NCBI GenBank assembly: GCA_964631725.1
Contig: CAZVYX010000003.1
Location: 19,209 to 83,208 of the forward strand
Origin: an uncultured Rhodospirillaceae bacterium
GTDB lineage: Bacteria > Pseudomonadota > Alphaproteobacteria > GCA-2731375
DNA length: 64,000 nucleotides
Direction: 5' to 3'
Shown here piece by piece: positions 42,441-52,976 of the stretch. Position 1 is the stretch's first letter; each line of letters starts with the position of its first letter. The translations under genes were made by a program, and so were the position numbers. The notes below the pieces were generated by a model, which saw only the letters and a program-made list of their open reading frames with translations, made no database searches and was not told the DNA's origin.

Positions 42441-44771
42441 TCAACCACGCCGGCGGCGGAATTTGGTAGCCCGGGTACCGGCCCGGCCGCCGCTGGAACG
42501 GCCCTTGGGGCCGCGCGCGGCATCCAACATTTCCGGCGTAATCTCGGTCGCGATCTCCTTCGGCTTGTAGTCTTCGCCGCGCTTGCGCCGGGCCGCCGCA
42601 ATACCGGGTGCCGCGCCGTCGCTGGAACGACCGGCGGGACCGTCGAACTTCTTGCCGCCTTCGCCGGTTAGGCCTTCCAACTCCATTTCCTCCAGCCGGC
42701 GCAGTTCGTCCCGCAAACGCGCGGCTTCCTCGAACTCCAAATCAGCGGCGGCGGCGCGCATGCGCTTTTCCAGATCCTCCATGTAGCTTTTCAGATTATG
42801 GCCGATCAGATGGTTGCGTTCCTCATCGCCGGTGTCGACAGTGACGTGATCGCCCTCGTAAACCGAGGCCAGAATATCGGCGATATTCTTCTTCACGGAT
42901 TCCGGGGTGATGCCGTTGGCTTCGTTGTAGGCCATCTGCTTCTGACGCCGCCTCTCGGTCTCTTCCAAGGCCTGGTTGAGACTTTGCGTGCGCTTGTCCG
43001 CATACAGGATCACCCGGCCATCCACATTGCGCGCCGCCCGTCCGATGGTCTGCACCAATGAAGTGGTGGAGCGCAAAAAGCCTTCCTTGTCCGCATCCAG
43101 GATCGCCACCAGGGCGCATTCGGGAATATCCAGCCCCTCGCGCAACAGGTTGATGCCGACAAGAATATCGAACACGCCCAGACGCAGATCGCGGATAATT
43201 TCGATCCGCTCCAGCGTATCGATGTCGGAATGCATATAGCGCACCTTCAGGCCCGCCTCGTGCATATACTCGGTCAGATCCTCGGCCATGCGCTTGGTCA
43301 GGGTGGTGACCAGAACCCGGCCCCCGGCGCCGGTCACATCCCGGCATTCGGCGATCAGGTCGTCGACCTGATGCTCCACGGGGCGGATAATGCAGGTTGG
43401 ATCGATCAAGCCCGTGGGGCGGATCACCTGCTCGGTAAAGACGCCGTCCGTGCGCTCCAACTCCCACTTGCCCGGCGTGGCGGAGATGAACATGCTTTGC
43501 GGCCGCATCACCTCCCATTCGGAAAACTTCAGCGGCCGGTTATCAACGCAGGACGGCAGCCGGAAACCGAACTCCGACAGGGTCCATTTGCGCCGGTAGT
43601 CGCCCCGGAACATACCGCCCAGTTGCGGCACCGTGACGTGGCTTTCATCAAGGACGATCAGGGCATCTTCGGGCAGGTATTCAAACAGCGTCGGCGGCGG
43701 CTCGCCGGGATTGCGCCCGGTCAGATAGCGGGAATAGTTCTCGATACCGGGGCAGAATCCAGCGGCATCCATCATCTCCAGATCCAGCATGATGCGCTGT
43801 TCCAGACGCTCGGCCTCCAACAACATGCCGTTCTTGCGCAGCAGTTCCAGTTGTTCCACCAACTCCGCCTTGATGCCCTTCATGGCCTGCTGCAAGGTCG
43901 GGCGGGGCGTCACGTAATGGCTGTTGGCGTAGACGCGAACCTTTTTGAAAGTATCGGCGCGCTGTCCGGTCAGGGGATCGAACTCAACAATCTCCTCCAA
44001 CTCATCACCGAACAGAACAAAGCGCCAGGCCTGATCCTCCAAATGCGCCGGCCACAACTCAACCACATCGCCCCGCACCCGGAAGGTGCCCCGGCCGAAG
44101 AAATTGTCGTTGCGGCGGTACTGCAAATCGACGAAGCCCTTTAAAAGCGCATTGCGGTCAACCGTCGCGCCCACTTTGAGATCCATGGTCATCTTGGAAT
44201 AAGTCTCGACCGAGCCGATACCGTAGATGCAGGAGACCGAGGCCACGATGATCACATCATCCCGTTCCAGCAGGGAACGGGTGGCGGCATGGCGCATGCG
44301 GTCGATCTGTTGGTTGATATGCGCCTCCTTCTCGATATAGGTATCGGTGCGCGGCACATAGGCCTCGGGCTGATAGTAGTCATAGTAGGAAACGAAATAC
44401 TCCACCGCGTTGTTGGGAAAAAAGCCCTTCATCTCGCCATAAAGCTGCGCCGCCAGGGTTTTGTTGGGCGCCAACACCAGGGTCGGCCGCTGGGTTCGTT
44501 GAATAACCTGCGCCACGGTATAGGTCTTGCCCGACCCCGTTACCCCCAATAGTACCTGATTCTGTTCCCCCGCCTCCACGCCGGCAACCAGTTCGGTGAT
44601 GGCCTGGGGCTGATCGCCAGCGGGTTCGTATTCCGACACCAGCTCGAACGCCCGCCCGCCCTCGCCCTTCTCGGGCCGGGCAATGGGCGCCGGCACCCAG
44701 GTCGCCTGTTCCGCCTCGGCCAGGGACTGTTCGAAGCTGCCCCGGATCTGTTTCATGGATGTGTGTGCCAT
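42441..44771 (-). CDS. uvrB: excinuclease ABC subunit B
   Basis: [11 protein letters not shown]...[12 protein letters not shown]...[18 protein letters not shown] closely parallels E. coli UvrB. The start is taken at [11 protein letters not shown] (cat at 44769-44771). It has an Arg/Gly-rich C-terminal tail. Confidence 0.9.
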   Translation of the reverse strand: MAHTSMKQIRGSFEQSLAEAEQATWVPAPIARPEKGEGGRAFELVSEYEPAGDQPQAITELVAGVEAGEQNQVLLGVTGSGKTYTVAQVIQRTQRPTLVLAPNKTLAAQLYGEMKGFFPNNAVEYFVSYYDYYQPEAYVPRTDTYIEKEAHINQQIDRMRHAATRSLLERDDVIIVASVSCIYGIGSVETYSKMTMDLKVGATVDRNALLKGFVDLQYRRNDNFFGRGTFRVRGDVVELWPAHLEDQAWRFVLFGDELEEIVEFDPLTGQRADTFKKVRVYANSHYVTPRPTLQQAMKGIKAELVEQLELLRKNGMLLEAERLEQRIMLDLEMMDAAGFCPGIENYSRYLTGRNPGEPPPTLFEYLPEDALIVLDESHVTVPQLGGMFRGDYRRKWTLSEFGFRLPSCVDNRPLKFSEWEVMRPQSMFISATPGKWELERTDGVFTEQVIRPTGLIDPTCIIRPVEHQVDDLIAECRDVTGAGGRVLVTTLTKRMAEDLTEYMHEAGLKVRYMHSDIDTLERIEIIRDLRLGVFDILVGINLLREGLDIPECALVAILDADKEGFLRSTTSLVQTIGRAARNVDGRVILYADKRTQSLNQALEETERRRQKQMAYNEANGITPESVKKNIADILASVYEGDHVTVDTGDEERNHLIGHNLKSYMEDLEKRMRAAAADLEFEEAARLRDELRRLEEMELEGLTGEGGKKFDGPAGRSSDGAAPGIAAARRKRGEDYKPKEIATEITPEMLDAARGPKGRSSGGRAGTRATKFRRRRG

Positions 44772-44847
44772 GGGATCAGTATAACCGATTTTGCCCGGTA
44801 TCCAGCGGCCCTTTCGCAAACGTGATGCAGGCTTTAGGCTAGATGTC

Positions 44848-45816
44848 ATGAACGCGATGCTGGACCATGATATTGACGCGCCCCAGGCCTGGACCGGGGC
44901 GGACCTGCCCGATGACGCCGGCCTGGTTCCGCTGGATGACGACTGCCTGAATGAGTTGCTGCAACTGGCGGCGCTGTTGGCGGCGAATCCCTTGCCTGTG
45001 CTCTCCCTGCACCCCGATGATTTCGAACTGCCGGCCTGCCGGGCAATGATGTCGGCTGTCAGCCATCAACTGGACCATGGCTACGGCTTCGTCATTGTCG
45101 ACGGTCTGCCCCTGGACCGGCTCGAGGCGGACATCGCCGACAAGCTGTATTGGCTGTTGGCCGCCATGGTGGCGCGCCCGGTGGCGCAAAGCTGGGACGG
45201 CAAGATGCTCTACGATGTGCGCGATAGCGGTAAGCCGGTGGGCAACGGCGTTCGTCCGGACATCACCAACATCGGGCAGAACCTGCACACCGACAACAGC
45301 TACAACCTCTGCCCGCCGGACTATGTGGCCCTGTTCTGCCGCCAGACCGCCATGCAGGGCGGGGTCAGCCAGGTGGTCAGTTTTCACGCCGCCCACAACC
45401 GCATGCGGGCCGAGGCGCCGGAGCTGCTGGCGCGGCTGTATCGGGATTTCACCTTTGACAGGCAACGCGAGCACGCCCCCGGTGACCCGATGACCCTGGA
45501 CCATCCCATGTTCGCCTGGAATGGGCAGCGTCTATTGGGCCGGTTGTCAAAGCGCCAGGTGGAATGCGGCTATGCCCTGGCCGGGGCGGAGATGGACAAC
45601 ATTACCGCCGCCGCGCTGGAAACGTTCGAGGCCATCATGATGGCGCCGGGCATGCGCAAGGAGTTCCACTTTCAACCGGGCCAAATCCAGATCGTCAACA
45701 ACCTGACCTGCGGTCACGCCCGCACGGCCTTCACCGACTGGCCCGAGCCCGAGCGCCGCCGTCATTTGATCCGCCTGTGGCTGCGCCACCGGGGCCGGGC
45801 TTTCTACAACGGTTAG
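44848..45816 (+). CDS. TauD/TfdA-family Fe(II)/2-oxoglutarate dioxygenase
   Basis: NLHTDNSY (HxD facial-triad region) plus a C-terminal His/Arg region. It is divergent from uvrB. Confidence 0.65.
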   Translation: MNAMLDHDIDAPQAWTGADLPDDAGLVPLDDDCLNELLQLAALLAANPLPVLSLHPDDFELPACRAMMSAVSHQLDHGYGFVIVDGLPLDRLEADIADKLYWLLAAMVARPVAQSWDGKMLYDVRDSGKPVGNGVRPDITNIGQNLHTDNSYNLCPPDYVALFCRQTAMQGGVSQVVSFHAAHNRMRAEAPELLARLYRDFTFDRQREHAPGDPMTLDHPMFAWNGQRLLGRLSKRQVECGYALAGAEMDNITAAALETFEAIMMAPGMRKEFHFQPGQIQIVNNLTCGHARTAFTDWPEPERRRHLIRLWLRHRGRAFYNG

Positions 45817-46604
45817 ATTTTTCGCCGGCTGGAATGCAGGTGCCAAACCGCAAGGCAGCCTGAATAGCTGAGCGAAGCCGCCAGACCCAGGGACAGGCCC
45901 ACGGGCGAACCTAGGCGCGCGGTCGCCAAATGCGCCACCAACAGGGCCAGGCCGAAGCCGCCGATGGGCACCACCGCGCGGGATAAGGTCGCCGCCGTGG
46001 CGGGGCCGCCAAGACGTTTCAACAGAACGATCGTGGTGGAGATAAAAACGATTGGCGTAATCGCCAGAATGCCGGAATATTTCGGCCCCAGCGCCTCGCT
46101 GGTCATGGCGACAATGACGGTCAGGGACCCGACCAACAGCGCGCGCAGGGGCAAATCAAACCAACGCCGGGGCGCCGGGGCGGCTGTCCCCGTCCGGACC
46201 CAAAAGCGCAGGATGGCAAGCGCGATGACGAGCGCTGCCACGTTGAGCAGACTCGCATATAGCGCCGACCAGGCGATTTGGTGGATCAACGCCGTCGCGG
46301 CCATCCAGGTCAGTATGGCCAGCATGACCGTCCCCGCCAATCCCACGCGCGTCGCGGCAAGCGCGGCGGCAACCAGAAAACAGATAGTCGAAACATTCGT
46401 CGCCAGACTGCTGAGCAGGCCATGTGAGATGAATTGGGCCGGCGCGTCGATCGCCATGACCACATAGATCGGCCCGATCGAGACAGGCAGCGAGGTGATC
46501 AGGGCGCCCCAAAAGGGCCCCGACCGTTCCGCCGCCATGGTTGCCGCAACAACGACGGAGGCCGCCAGGCCGGCTTTCAACAGCAGAAGAAGGAGATCGA
46601 GCAT
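45813..46604 (-). CDS. hypothetical polytopic inner-membrane protein
   Basis: 263 aa, about 7-8 hydrophobic helices, no assignable family. Confidence 0.5.
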   Translation of the reverse strand: MLDLLLLLLKAGLAASVVVAATMAAERSGPFWGALITSLPVSIGPIYVVMAIDAPAQFISHGLLSSLATNVSTICFLVAAALAATRVGLAGTVMLAILTWMAATALIHQIAWSALYASLLNVAALVIALAILRFWVRTGTAAPAPRRWFDLPLRALLVGSLTVIVAMTSEALGPKYSGILAITPIVFISTTIVLLKRLGGPATAATLSRAVVPIGGFGLALLVAHLATARLGSPVGLSLGLAASLSYSGCLAVWHLHSSRRKI

Positions 46605-46657
46605 GCCTGCCAGTCTTTAGTCAACGCACACCGTCGCCACCACCTGGAATAAGTCGA

Positions 46658-47647
46658 TCATCCTGGCAGCATGAATTCGGCGACGATGGGCGCGTGGTAG
46701 GAGGAAGGGGAGTGCGCGACGTTGGCGTAACCCTCCATTTCATCGCCCAGGGTCTCGTTGTGGCTTTCGAAGCTGCGGAAATAGCCGGCCAGGCGGCGCG
46801 AGGCCAGGACATGGTCCAACATCTGTCGCTTGCCATGATGGATCACCGAATAGCGGCGGTCTTCGGACAGGGAACGCTCCAAAGGCACCAGGCTGTGCCC
46901 GGCCAGATCACCGCTGCCGGTATCTTCCTCGGCGCCGATCAGAATACGCAGCGGCATTTCGTCCAGGCCGGCATTGAAATCGCCGGTGACGCAAACCAGG
47001 GCCTCGTCGTCACGCTCGAAACAGTTCTCGATCGCCAGGCGCGTCTCCAGTGCCTGGCCGCTGCGTTTCATGGCCGCGAGATAGTAGCCCTCGGCCCAGC
47101 CCGATACGGTTTTCCAGACAAACGGCTCGGATTTCTGGCCCGGAATAAATGCCGCCAACGGCGCCCGGTAGTGCACATTGAAAAGCTCCAGCACCCGGCC
47201 ATCGCCGGCATCCAGGCGGGCCTGCAGGATAGGCCGGTCCCAACCGACGGGCTGCGCCTGGCTGGGCGGCGGCACGGCCGTCGCGGCGCGAAAACGCGGC
47301 GCCTCCACAAGGTCATTGCGGTACTGCGCGGTGTCCAGCACGCCGAGGCGGGAGAGGATAACGAGATTATGGACGTCCATGGGGCCAGGGTGGACACCCT
47401 CGGTGACGACGCGATCGAATTGTTGATAGGGCGTGCCCTCCAGCAGGGCATCCAGGGCGCTCAGCCGGCGCGGCGCATGTCCGGCGGTATCCTGGCCATT
47501 GACTTCCTGCAGGCACAGCACATCGGCGCGCAGCCGTTCGATCTGCGGCCGTAGAATGGCGATCCGCGCCGCCAGCTCGGGAACCTGCCCCGGTTTGTCA
47601 TCCAGGTTTTCCAGGTTGAAACTGGCGATGCGCAGACATTCGGTCAT
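46658..47647 (-). CDS. endonuclease/exonuclease/phosphatase (EEP) family protein
   Basis: LRIASFNLENL...DVLCLQEV...CVTGDFN...SYHAPIVAEF (EEP motifs). The start overlaps the stop of the B12-binding subunit gene. Confidence 0.7.
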   Translation of the reverse strand: MTECLRIASFNLENLDDKPGQVPELAARIAILRPQIERLRADVLCLQEVNGQDTAGHAPRRLSALDALLEGTPYQQFDRVVTEGVHPGPMDVHNLVILSRLGVLDTAQYRNDLVEAPRFRAATAVPPPSQAQPVGWDRPILQARLDAGDGRVLELFNVHYRAPLAAFIPGQKSEPFVWKTVSGWAEGYYLAAMKRSGQALETRLAIENCFERDDEALVCVTGDFNAGLDEMPLRILIGAEEDTGSGDLAGHSLVPLERSLSEDRRYSVIHHGKRQMLDHVLASRRLAGYFRSFESHNETLGDEMEGYANVAHSPSSYHAPIVAEFMLPG

Positions 47648-48039
47648 GAGGATAACTGCTGCCGGATGAATTCAACGGAATCTTCCGAGGCCGAGCCGGG
47701 ACCGAACACCCGGGCCACACCCCATTCCTTCAAGATCGCCTGGTCCTTGCCGCTGATCACGCCGCCGCCAATCACCAGGATATCCCCCAGGCCATGCTGT
47801 TTCAGGCTTTTGAACAAGTCCTCGAAGACCGCCATATGGCCGTGGGAAGACGAGGATATGCCGATCACATCGACGTCTTCCTCAATCGCCATGGCGGCCA
47901 CTTCATCGGCCAGCAGAAAGGTCGTGAAAATCACTTCAAACCCGGCATCGCGGAATTTGCGCGCGATATAGCGGACGCCACGGTCATGGCCGTCATGGGT
48001 GGGTTTGGCGAGCAATACGCGAACAACGTCGGTCATCAC
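47644..48039 (-). CDS. cobalamin-binding small subunit of a split acyl-CoA mutase
   Basis: 131 aa, B12-binding DxHxxG as LAKPTHDGHDRG, plus GGG (VIGGGVI). Confidence 0.8.
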   Translation of the reverse strand: MMTDVVRVLLAKPTHDGHDRGVRYIARKFRDAGFEVIFTTFLLADEVAAMAIEEDVDVIGISSSSHGHMAVFEDLFKSLKQHGLGDILVIGGGVISGKDQAILKEWGVARVFGPGSASEDSVEFIRQQLSS

Positions 48040-48045
48040 AAATTC

Positions 48046-49779
48046 CTATGGGCCGTAATTATAGGGCGCATCCCAGCCGAGCCCGTTCTTCATCACGGCC
48101 ATCATTTCGCCCGTGGTGGCATCCGCCTGGGCCGCTTCGATGGCGGTGGTCATCAGCCGGCCGGGGTTGATGTCGGCCATGCTGGCGGCGGCGAAATCCG
48201 TCACCGCCTGGGAGAATGCGGCCATCGCGGCATCATATCGGGCACCGTCGCGCGCCGACCGCAAAGCCTTGACCCGCTCAATGGCGGTCCGTTCCACATC
48301 CTCGTCGACGGTGAACAGCTCCGGCTCCTCCGCGTCATCGGTCTTGTAGCAGTTGACGCCGACCACGCCGCGCCGTCCGGCGGTGACATCATCACGCCAG
48401 CGTTCGGCATTCTCCTCGATCTCGGCGCGGATCCAGCCCTGGCGCTGGGCCGCGATGTAGCCACCCATGTCCTCGATTTGATCCACCAGTTCCAATGCCG
48501 CCTTGGCCATTTGGTCAGTTAGATTTTCCACGAAATACGACCCCGCCAGGGGATCGGCCACGGCGGTGATATTGGTTTCCTCCTGAATGACCTGCTGGAT
48601 GCGCAGGGTCAGGGTAGCAGATTCCTCCGTCGGGATGGCCAGGGCCTCGTCATAGGCCGCGACCTCCATGGCCTGCACGCCGGAAAGCGCGGCGCCGAAG
48701 GCATGCAGTGTGGTGCGCACCAGGTTCACCAGGGGCTGTTCCGCCGTCAGCATGGCGCCGGAAGTATGGGTGTGGATGCGTACATGCATGGCGCGGGGAT
48801 CGGTAACGCCAAAGCGTTCCTTCATGGTGGTGGCCCAGATCTGGCGCAGGGCGCGTATCTTTACGACCTCCTCGAAGAAATCATTGCCCTGGGCGATCTG
48901 GAAGCCGAAGCGCGACAGCGCCGCCGTCGGGTCCACGCCCGCCTCGACGCAGGAGCGCACCAACTCGATGCCATAGGCCAACAACATGCCGGCCTCCTGC
49001 ACTGCATTACCGCCGGACTCCTCGAGGTCATAGCCGACGAAATTGGTGGTGTTCCAACTGGGCATATGTTCGGCACAATAGCCGATCAGCGCCACCGCCA
49101 GCTTGTGCCCCTGTTCAGGGGGAAAGGCGGACATGCCGCAAAAAGCGCTCTGGTGATAGTAGTTCATGGTGTTGCCGCGCAGATCCCTGGCCGCGACACC
49201 GCGGCGCTGGCCATAGGCGATGTACTGCGCCAGGGCGGGGATCACCTGATAGTCGGTGATATGGACCACGTTCATTTTGGCCAGATCCATGCCGTCGAAC
49301 AGGCGCGCCATATCGGCCACGGAATAGACCGCCATGCCGCATTGGCCGATGCGGCCACGGGCGGCGGGATCATCGGGGTCGAGGCCCTCGTGGGAGACCA
49401 GATCGTAGAGCAGATTGTAGAATGATTGGCCGAAATAGCCGGTCATGCCTTGTCCGCTCAAGGCATCCATGCGGGCGCGGGTATCCTCGGGCAGACCATA
49501 GCCGATGACCGGTTGATTGGCCCAATGCATCAATTGGTATTGCGCCGCCAGATTGCCACGGGTGTAGGGATATTCCCCCGGCGCGCCAATCTTGCCGAAT
49601 TCAATATCCTGCACATCGGACGGGAAATAGGCGTTTTTCAACGGCAGGCCGGACATTGTTTTCGGCCCCCGGGCCCGGCCGGGCGCCGCGTCGCCGAACC
49701 GATCGACGATCTTGCCGTATTTCGCCTTCCACTGTTGCTCAAGCTGCGCCGCCTCGGCCAGCGTCTTGCTGTCAAACAT
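48046..49779 (-). CDS. methylmalonyl-CoA mutase family large (substrate-binding) subunit, IcmA/HcmA-like
   Basis: 577 aa; TIM-barrel mutase pattern (YPYTRGN, IRIHTHTSG), no fused B12 domain. Confidence 0.8.
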   Translation of the reverse strand: MFDSKTLAEAAQLEQQWKAKYGKIVDRFGDAAPGRARGPKTMSGLPLKNAYFPSDVQDIEFGKIGAPGEYPYTRGNLAAQYQLMHWANQPVIGYGLPEDTRARMDALSGQGMTGYFGQSFYNLLYDLVSHEGLDPDDPAARGRIGQCGMAVYSVADMARLFDGMDLAKMNVVHITDYQVIPALAQYIAYGQRRGVAARDLRGNTMNYYHQSAFCGMSAFPPEQGHKLAVALIGYCAEHMPSWNTTNFVGYDLEESGGNAVQEAGMLLAYGIELVRSCVEAGVDPTAALSRFGFQIAQGNDFFEEVVKIRALRQIWATTMKERFGVTDPRAMHVRIHTHTSGAMLTAEQPLVNLVRTTLHAFGAALSGVQAMEVAAYDEALAIPTEESATLTLRIQQVIQEETNITAVADPLAGSYFVENLTDQMAKAALELVDQIEDMGGYIAAQRQGWIRAEIEENAERWRDDVTAGRRGVVGVNCYKTDDAEEPELFTVDEDVERTAIERVKALRSARDGARYDAAMAAFSQAVTDFAAASMADINPGRLMTTAIEAAQADATTGEMMAVMKNGLGWDAPYNYGP

Positions 49780-49887
49780 GCTGAAATGTCCTCAACTGCC
49801 TGCACCCGGCACGGACCGGTTGCCTATCCTTGGCGTCATTTTTCCATGAATGGCGGCAGTGCGGAAGAAGAATGATCCAGCGCGGCG

Positions 49888-50337
49888 CTACGGCCCGCAG
49901 GCGGCCACATACGCCTCCAGCCGGCGGCGCAGGTCATCATCGATGGGCAGCGGCCGGCCGTCTTCCAGGTTGGTCACGACCAGGGCGGAGCGGGCGACCA
50001 GACGCTGTTCGCCATTCACACGGCCAACAAAGCGGGCGCGTATGGACGAAGTGCCGATATGCTCCAGGTAAAGGGTAATCTCCAACGGTTCGCCCAGGCG
50101 GCAGGGTGCCTCGAATGTGCATTCGGTATGGGCCGTGGGCAGCCCCAACCGGCGCTCCAGGATAAAATCAGCGTATTTCAAATCCAACGCCTGGGTGAAC
50201 CATTCCTCCACCACGGCCTGCAGCATCTCGAAATAGCGGGGAAAAAAGACATAGCCCGCCGGGTCCGTATGAGTGAAGCGCACGGGCAGTCCCAGGGTAA
50301 AAGGCGCCAGTCCCACCGCCGTTGTGTCATTGCCCAT
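49888..50337 (-). CDS. hotdog-fold acyl-CoA thioesterase (4HBT/YbgC-like)
   Basis: FTHTDPAGYVFFPRYFEMLQAVVEEW. Confidence 0.65.
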   Translation of the reverse strand: MGNDTTAVGLAPFTLGLPVRFTHTDPAGYVFFPRYFEMLQAVVEEWFTQALDLKYADFILERRLGLPTAHTECTFEAPCRLGEPLEITLYLEHIGTSSIRARFVGRVNGEQRLVARSALVVTNLEDGRPLPIDDDLRRRLEAYVAACGP

Positions 50338-50414
50338 GGCTTCCTCCATTCCTATCCGTTGCCGCCGGCCGGCAACATGGTGGGTTAATACCCTTCATAT
50401 GATAGGCTGATCCA

Positions 50415-51077
50415 ATGACGCAACGGCGCGCACGCAGAAGATGGCTGGGCCGGCTGCCCGCATTTCTGGCGCTGGTGGGGATGCTGTCGTCCAGCGCCGC
50501 CGCTATAGAGCAAGCTGCACTGGACAAGGCACCCGGCCCGGCGGTATCCGGCAATTTGACGGGCTGGCTGCTGGTCGCGACGCCGCGCCTGCGCGACCCA
50601 AGGTTCGCCAGATCGGTGATCTTCCTGGCCCAGCACGACGACAAGGGCGCCATGGGCCTGATCGTGAACCGGCAGATCACGGTCGAACCGGCATCGGATT
50701 TATTACAGCGCATAGTGGGCGAAAAGGGGCCCGACGACGGCGGCCGCGATGTGCGTATCCACTACGGCGGCCCGGTCGAGCCGAGATTTTGGCATATCCT
50801 CCACTCCTCCGACTACCGGGGCAAAGGCACCATGGTGGTGTCAAAGCAGGTGTCGATGACCCGTAACGAAGATATCCTGCGCGCTCTGGCCCGGGGCAAG
50901 GGGCCGGCCAAGGGTTTCCTGGCGGTCGGCTATGCCGGCTGGGGGCCGGGCCAGTTGGTGGGCGAAATCCGGCGCAAGTCCTGGATTACGGTGCCGCCCG
51001 ACGACGGCATCGTGTTTGACGGCGAGATGCAGACCAAATGGCAGCGCGCCACGGACAAGCGCGGCGTCGATCTTTGA
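50415..51077 (+). CDS. YqgE/AlgH family protein (UPF0301) with an N-terminal signal-like extension
   Basis: Core LTGWLLVATPRLRDPRFARSVIFLAQHDDKGAMGLIVNRQ matches YqgE. It is preceded by RRARRRWLGRLPAFLALVGMLSSSAAA. Confidence 0.7.
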   Translation: MTQRRARRRWLGRLPAFLALVGMLSSSAAAIEQAALDKAPGPAVSGNLTGWLLVATPRLRDPRFARSVIFLAQHDDKGAMGLIVNRQITVEPASDLLQRIVGEKGPDDGGRDVRIHYGGPVEPRFWHILHSSDYRGKGTMVVSKQVSMTRNEDILRALARGKGPAKGFLAVGYAGWGPGQLVGEIRRKSWITVPPDDGIVFDGEMQTKWQRATDKRGVDL

Positions 51078-51089
51078 CAGCCTGGCCGG

Positions 51090-52787
51090 TCAATATCTTG
51101 CCGTGGCCCGCTCTATCTGCTCGATCATGATTTTGGCGAAGTCCGGGTCGTCAAAATATTCGTCATAGGCCTCTTGAATAAAGGCCAGGGTCACCGGATC
51201 GGGCAGGCCGTAATTGTTGAACGCGTTAGGCGGCTGGTCATCCCAGATCCCATCATGGCGGTAGCCCATCGCCTCCAGTAATTCGATGCCCTGCTTAGGT
51301 ATGGTCAGATCGACGACCAGGGCATCATCCGCCTCGCAGGCATCGTTTAGGGGCGGCGTATCGCCGGGGTAGTAGACGCTGGCCTGTTCGCCGCAGTAGG
51401 TCGCGCTCGATGGCGCCGCCGCGCCCCGCCCGACTGTTGAAAGCGCCAGGTTGGCGAGCACATCCTGGGTCGCGCCAAGCGCAATGCGGTCGCTTTTCTC
51501 GGCCCCGCCAAAGGCGCCAAGCGCCGTGGCGATCTGCATGTAGTGGCGCGCGGCGGAGACGTTCCGCGTCCGCGCAATGATCGCCGCCTCCTTCTTGATG
51601 CGGTCGAGAATGGCACCCTTGTTCTTGCGGATCGCCTGCATTTTGTAGCGAAGGCGCGAGACGGTGCCCGCTTCGAAGCGGGCCAGGGCATAGCGCTGTT
51701 GACGCGCCTTCCGCTTTTTCACTCCAGCATTGGACGCGGGCGCCCGCGCGGCGGTTTTGATGCCCGGCGGCTCGGCCCAGGGCGTACTTATAATTCCGCT
51801 GGGATCGTGTTTTTGCTGTCCGCCTGACGATTTTCGCCCACCGCCCGCCCGGCCGCGCCGCTTGCGTTCCCGGTATTTGGCGAAGCGCTGCAACATGGCC
51901 TGCTGGTTGCGCGCGCCGCCCGTGGCGGCCAGTTGTTTCAACTCCTCCACCGACAGCACACCCGACATATAGTCGGGTGCGTTGGGCTTCTTGATGTGGA
52001 TCGCCGCCATGTTCTTGAGCGATTTCAGGGTCTTGCGAAAATCGTCCGGAATGCACTTTTCGCCGGCCAGAACGACTTCCCGACACAGGCGCTGGGCGAC
52101 GCTGTCCCACAAATGCGCATCCTCGCAGGCAACGCCCTTTTTCTTCAGCTCGGCGCAACGGCGATGTTGCCGAAAGGAATCTTCCGGCGTTTTCGCCTTG
52201 AACGGGCCGTCGCCCCTGTTCTTGCAGGCCGAGTTGAAGGCCATCTGTGCCGGGTCGGAGGTGTCACAGGCGGTGAACGCGGCGTTGCGCCGGCCGGCAT
52301 CAATGCGGGCCTGTTCGGCGCGGCGGGCTTCTTCCGCCGCCTTGCGCCGGTTGATTTCGGCCTGACGCGCAACTTCTTCCTGCCACTTGCGTGCCGCCTC
52401 GGCCTGCAGGCGCGCCTGTTCCCGGGCCTGCTTCTGCTCGTAAGCCTGAATGCGCTGGCGATGCGCCGCGGCCTTTTGCTCAGCCTCCGCCGCCCAGGAG
52501 CTCATCAGGCCGACAATGCCTATGACGCCGGTTAGGGCCGACGCCGCCCTGTTTCCACCACTACCACCGCCGCTGTAAGAGCCGCCGCCGCGCCGGCCCG
52601 TGCAATAGGCCTGAATGGCATTGCGGTATTGCTGCGCCGCGGCATATTGCGCCGCCGGATTGTGGCCCCGCCGGGCATAATTCAGCGCCTGGTTCATACG
52701 GTTCCGCAATTGCGCGCAGCCCTGTTGTGCCGCTGCCGGCTCCGGCGCCAAGAGCATAGCCGCGAGCACCGCGATAGCGGCAGCCAT
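51090..52787 (-). CDS. hypothetical large secreted protein with a Gly-rich segment and a long Arg/Glu/Ala coiled coil
   Basis: Start taken at MAAAIAVLAAMLLAPEPAAAQQ. It contains GGGSYSGGGSGGN, the coiled-coil QAREQARLQAEAARKWQEEVARQAEINRRKAAEEARRAEQAR, several Cys pairs, and an acidic C-terminus. Confidence 0.5.
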   Translation of the reverse strand: MAAAIAVLAAMLLAPEPAAAQQGCAQLRNRMNQALNYARRGHNPAAQYAAAQQYRNAIQAYCTGRRGGGSYSGGGSGGNRAASALTGVIGIVGLMSSWAAEAEQKAAAHRQRIQAYEQKQAREQARLQAEAARKWQEEVARQAEINRRKAAEEARRAEQARIDAGRRNAAFTACDTSDPAQMAFNSACKNRGDGPFKAKTPEDSFRQHRRCAELKKKGVACEDAHLWDSVAQRLCREVVLAGEKCIPDDFRKTLKSLKNMAAIHIKKPNAPDYMSGVLSVEELKQLAATGGARNQQAMLQRFAKYRERKRRGRAGGGRKSSGGQQKHDPSGIISTPWAEPPGIKTAARAPASNAGVKKRKARQQRYALARFEAGTVSRLRYKMQAIRKNKGAILDRIKKEAAIIARTRNVSAARHYMQIATALGAFGGAEKSDRIALGATQDVLANLALSTVGRGAAAPSSATYCGEQASVYYPGDTPPLNDACEADDALVVDLTIPKQGIELLEAMGYRHDGIWDDQPPNAFNNYGLPDPVTLAFIQEAYDEYFDDPDFAKIMIEQIERATARY

Positions 52788-52976
52788 GGCCAACCGCCGC
52801 GCGGTTATCCCATATATTCCCCATCCGGTGATTGGCCCCTGTCCGATGCAGCGGTTCGTCATGACCAGATCCCAAGCTGCGGCATGCCACAAACAGTGAT
52901 GGATCTTACCATAATATGTTTCGCCAATGGGATTTTGCTGTGTATTTTATTACCTGCACTTGCGGAGGTCCTTGTA

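Noticed and set aside
44791-44847. Upstream ATG (44791) as the start of the TauD-like gene
   Set aside because: It would leave only 20 bp for the divergent uvrB and TauD promoters. The downstream MNAMLDHD start at 44848 is more plausible, but the start remains uncertain.
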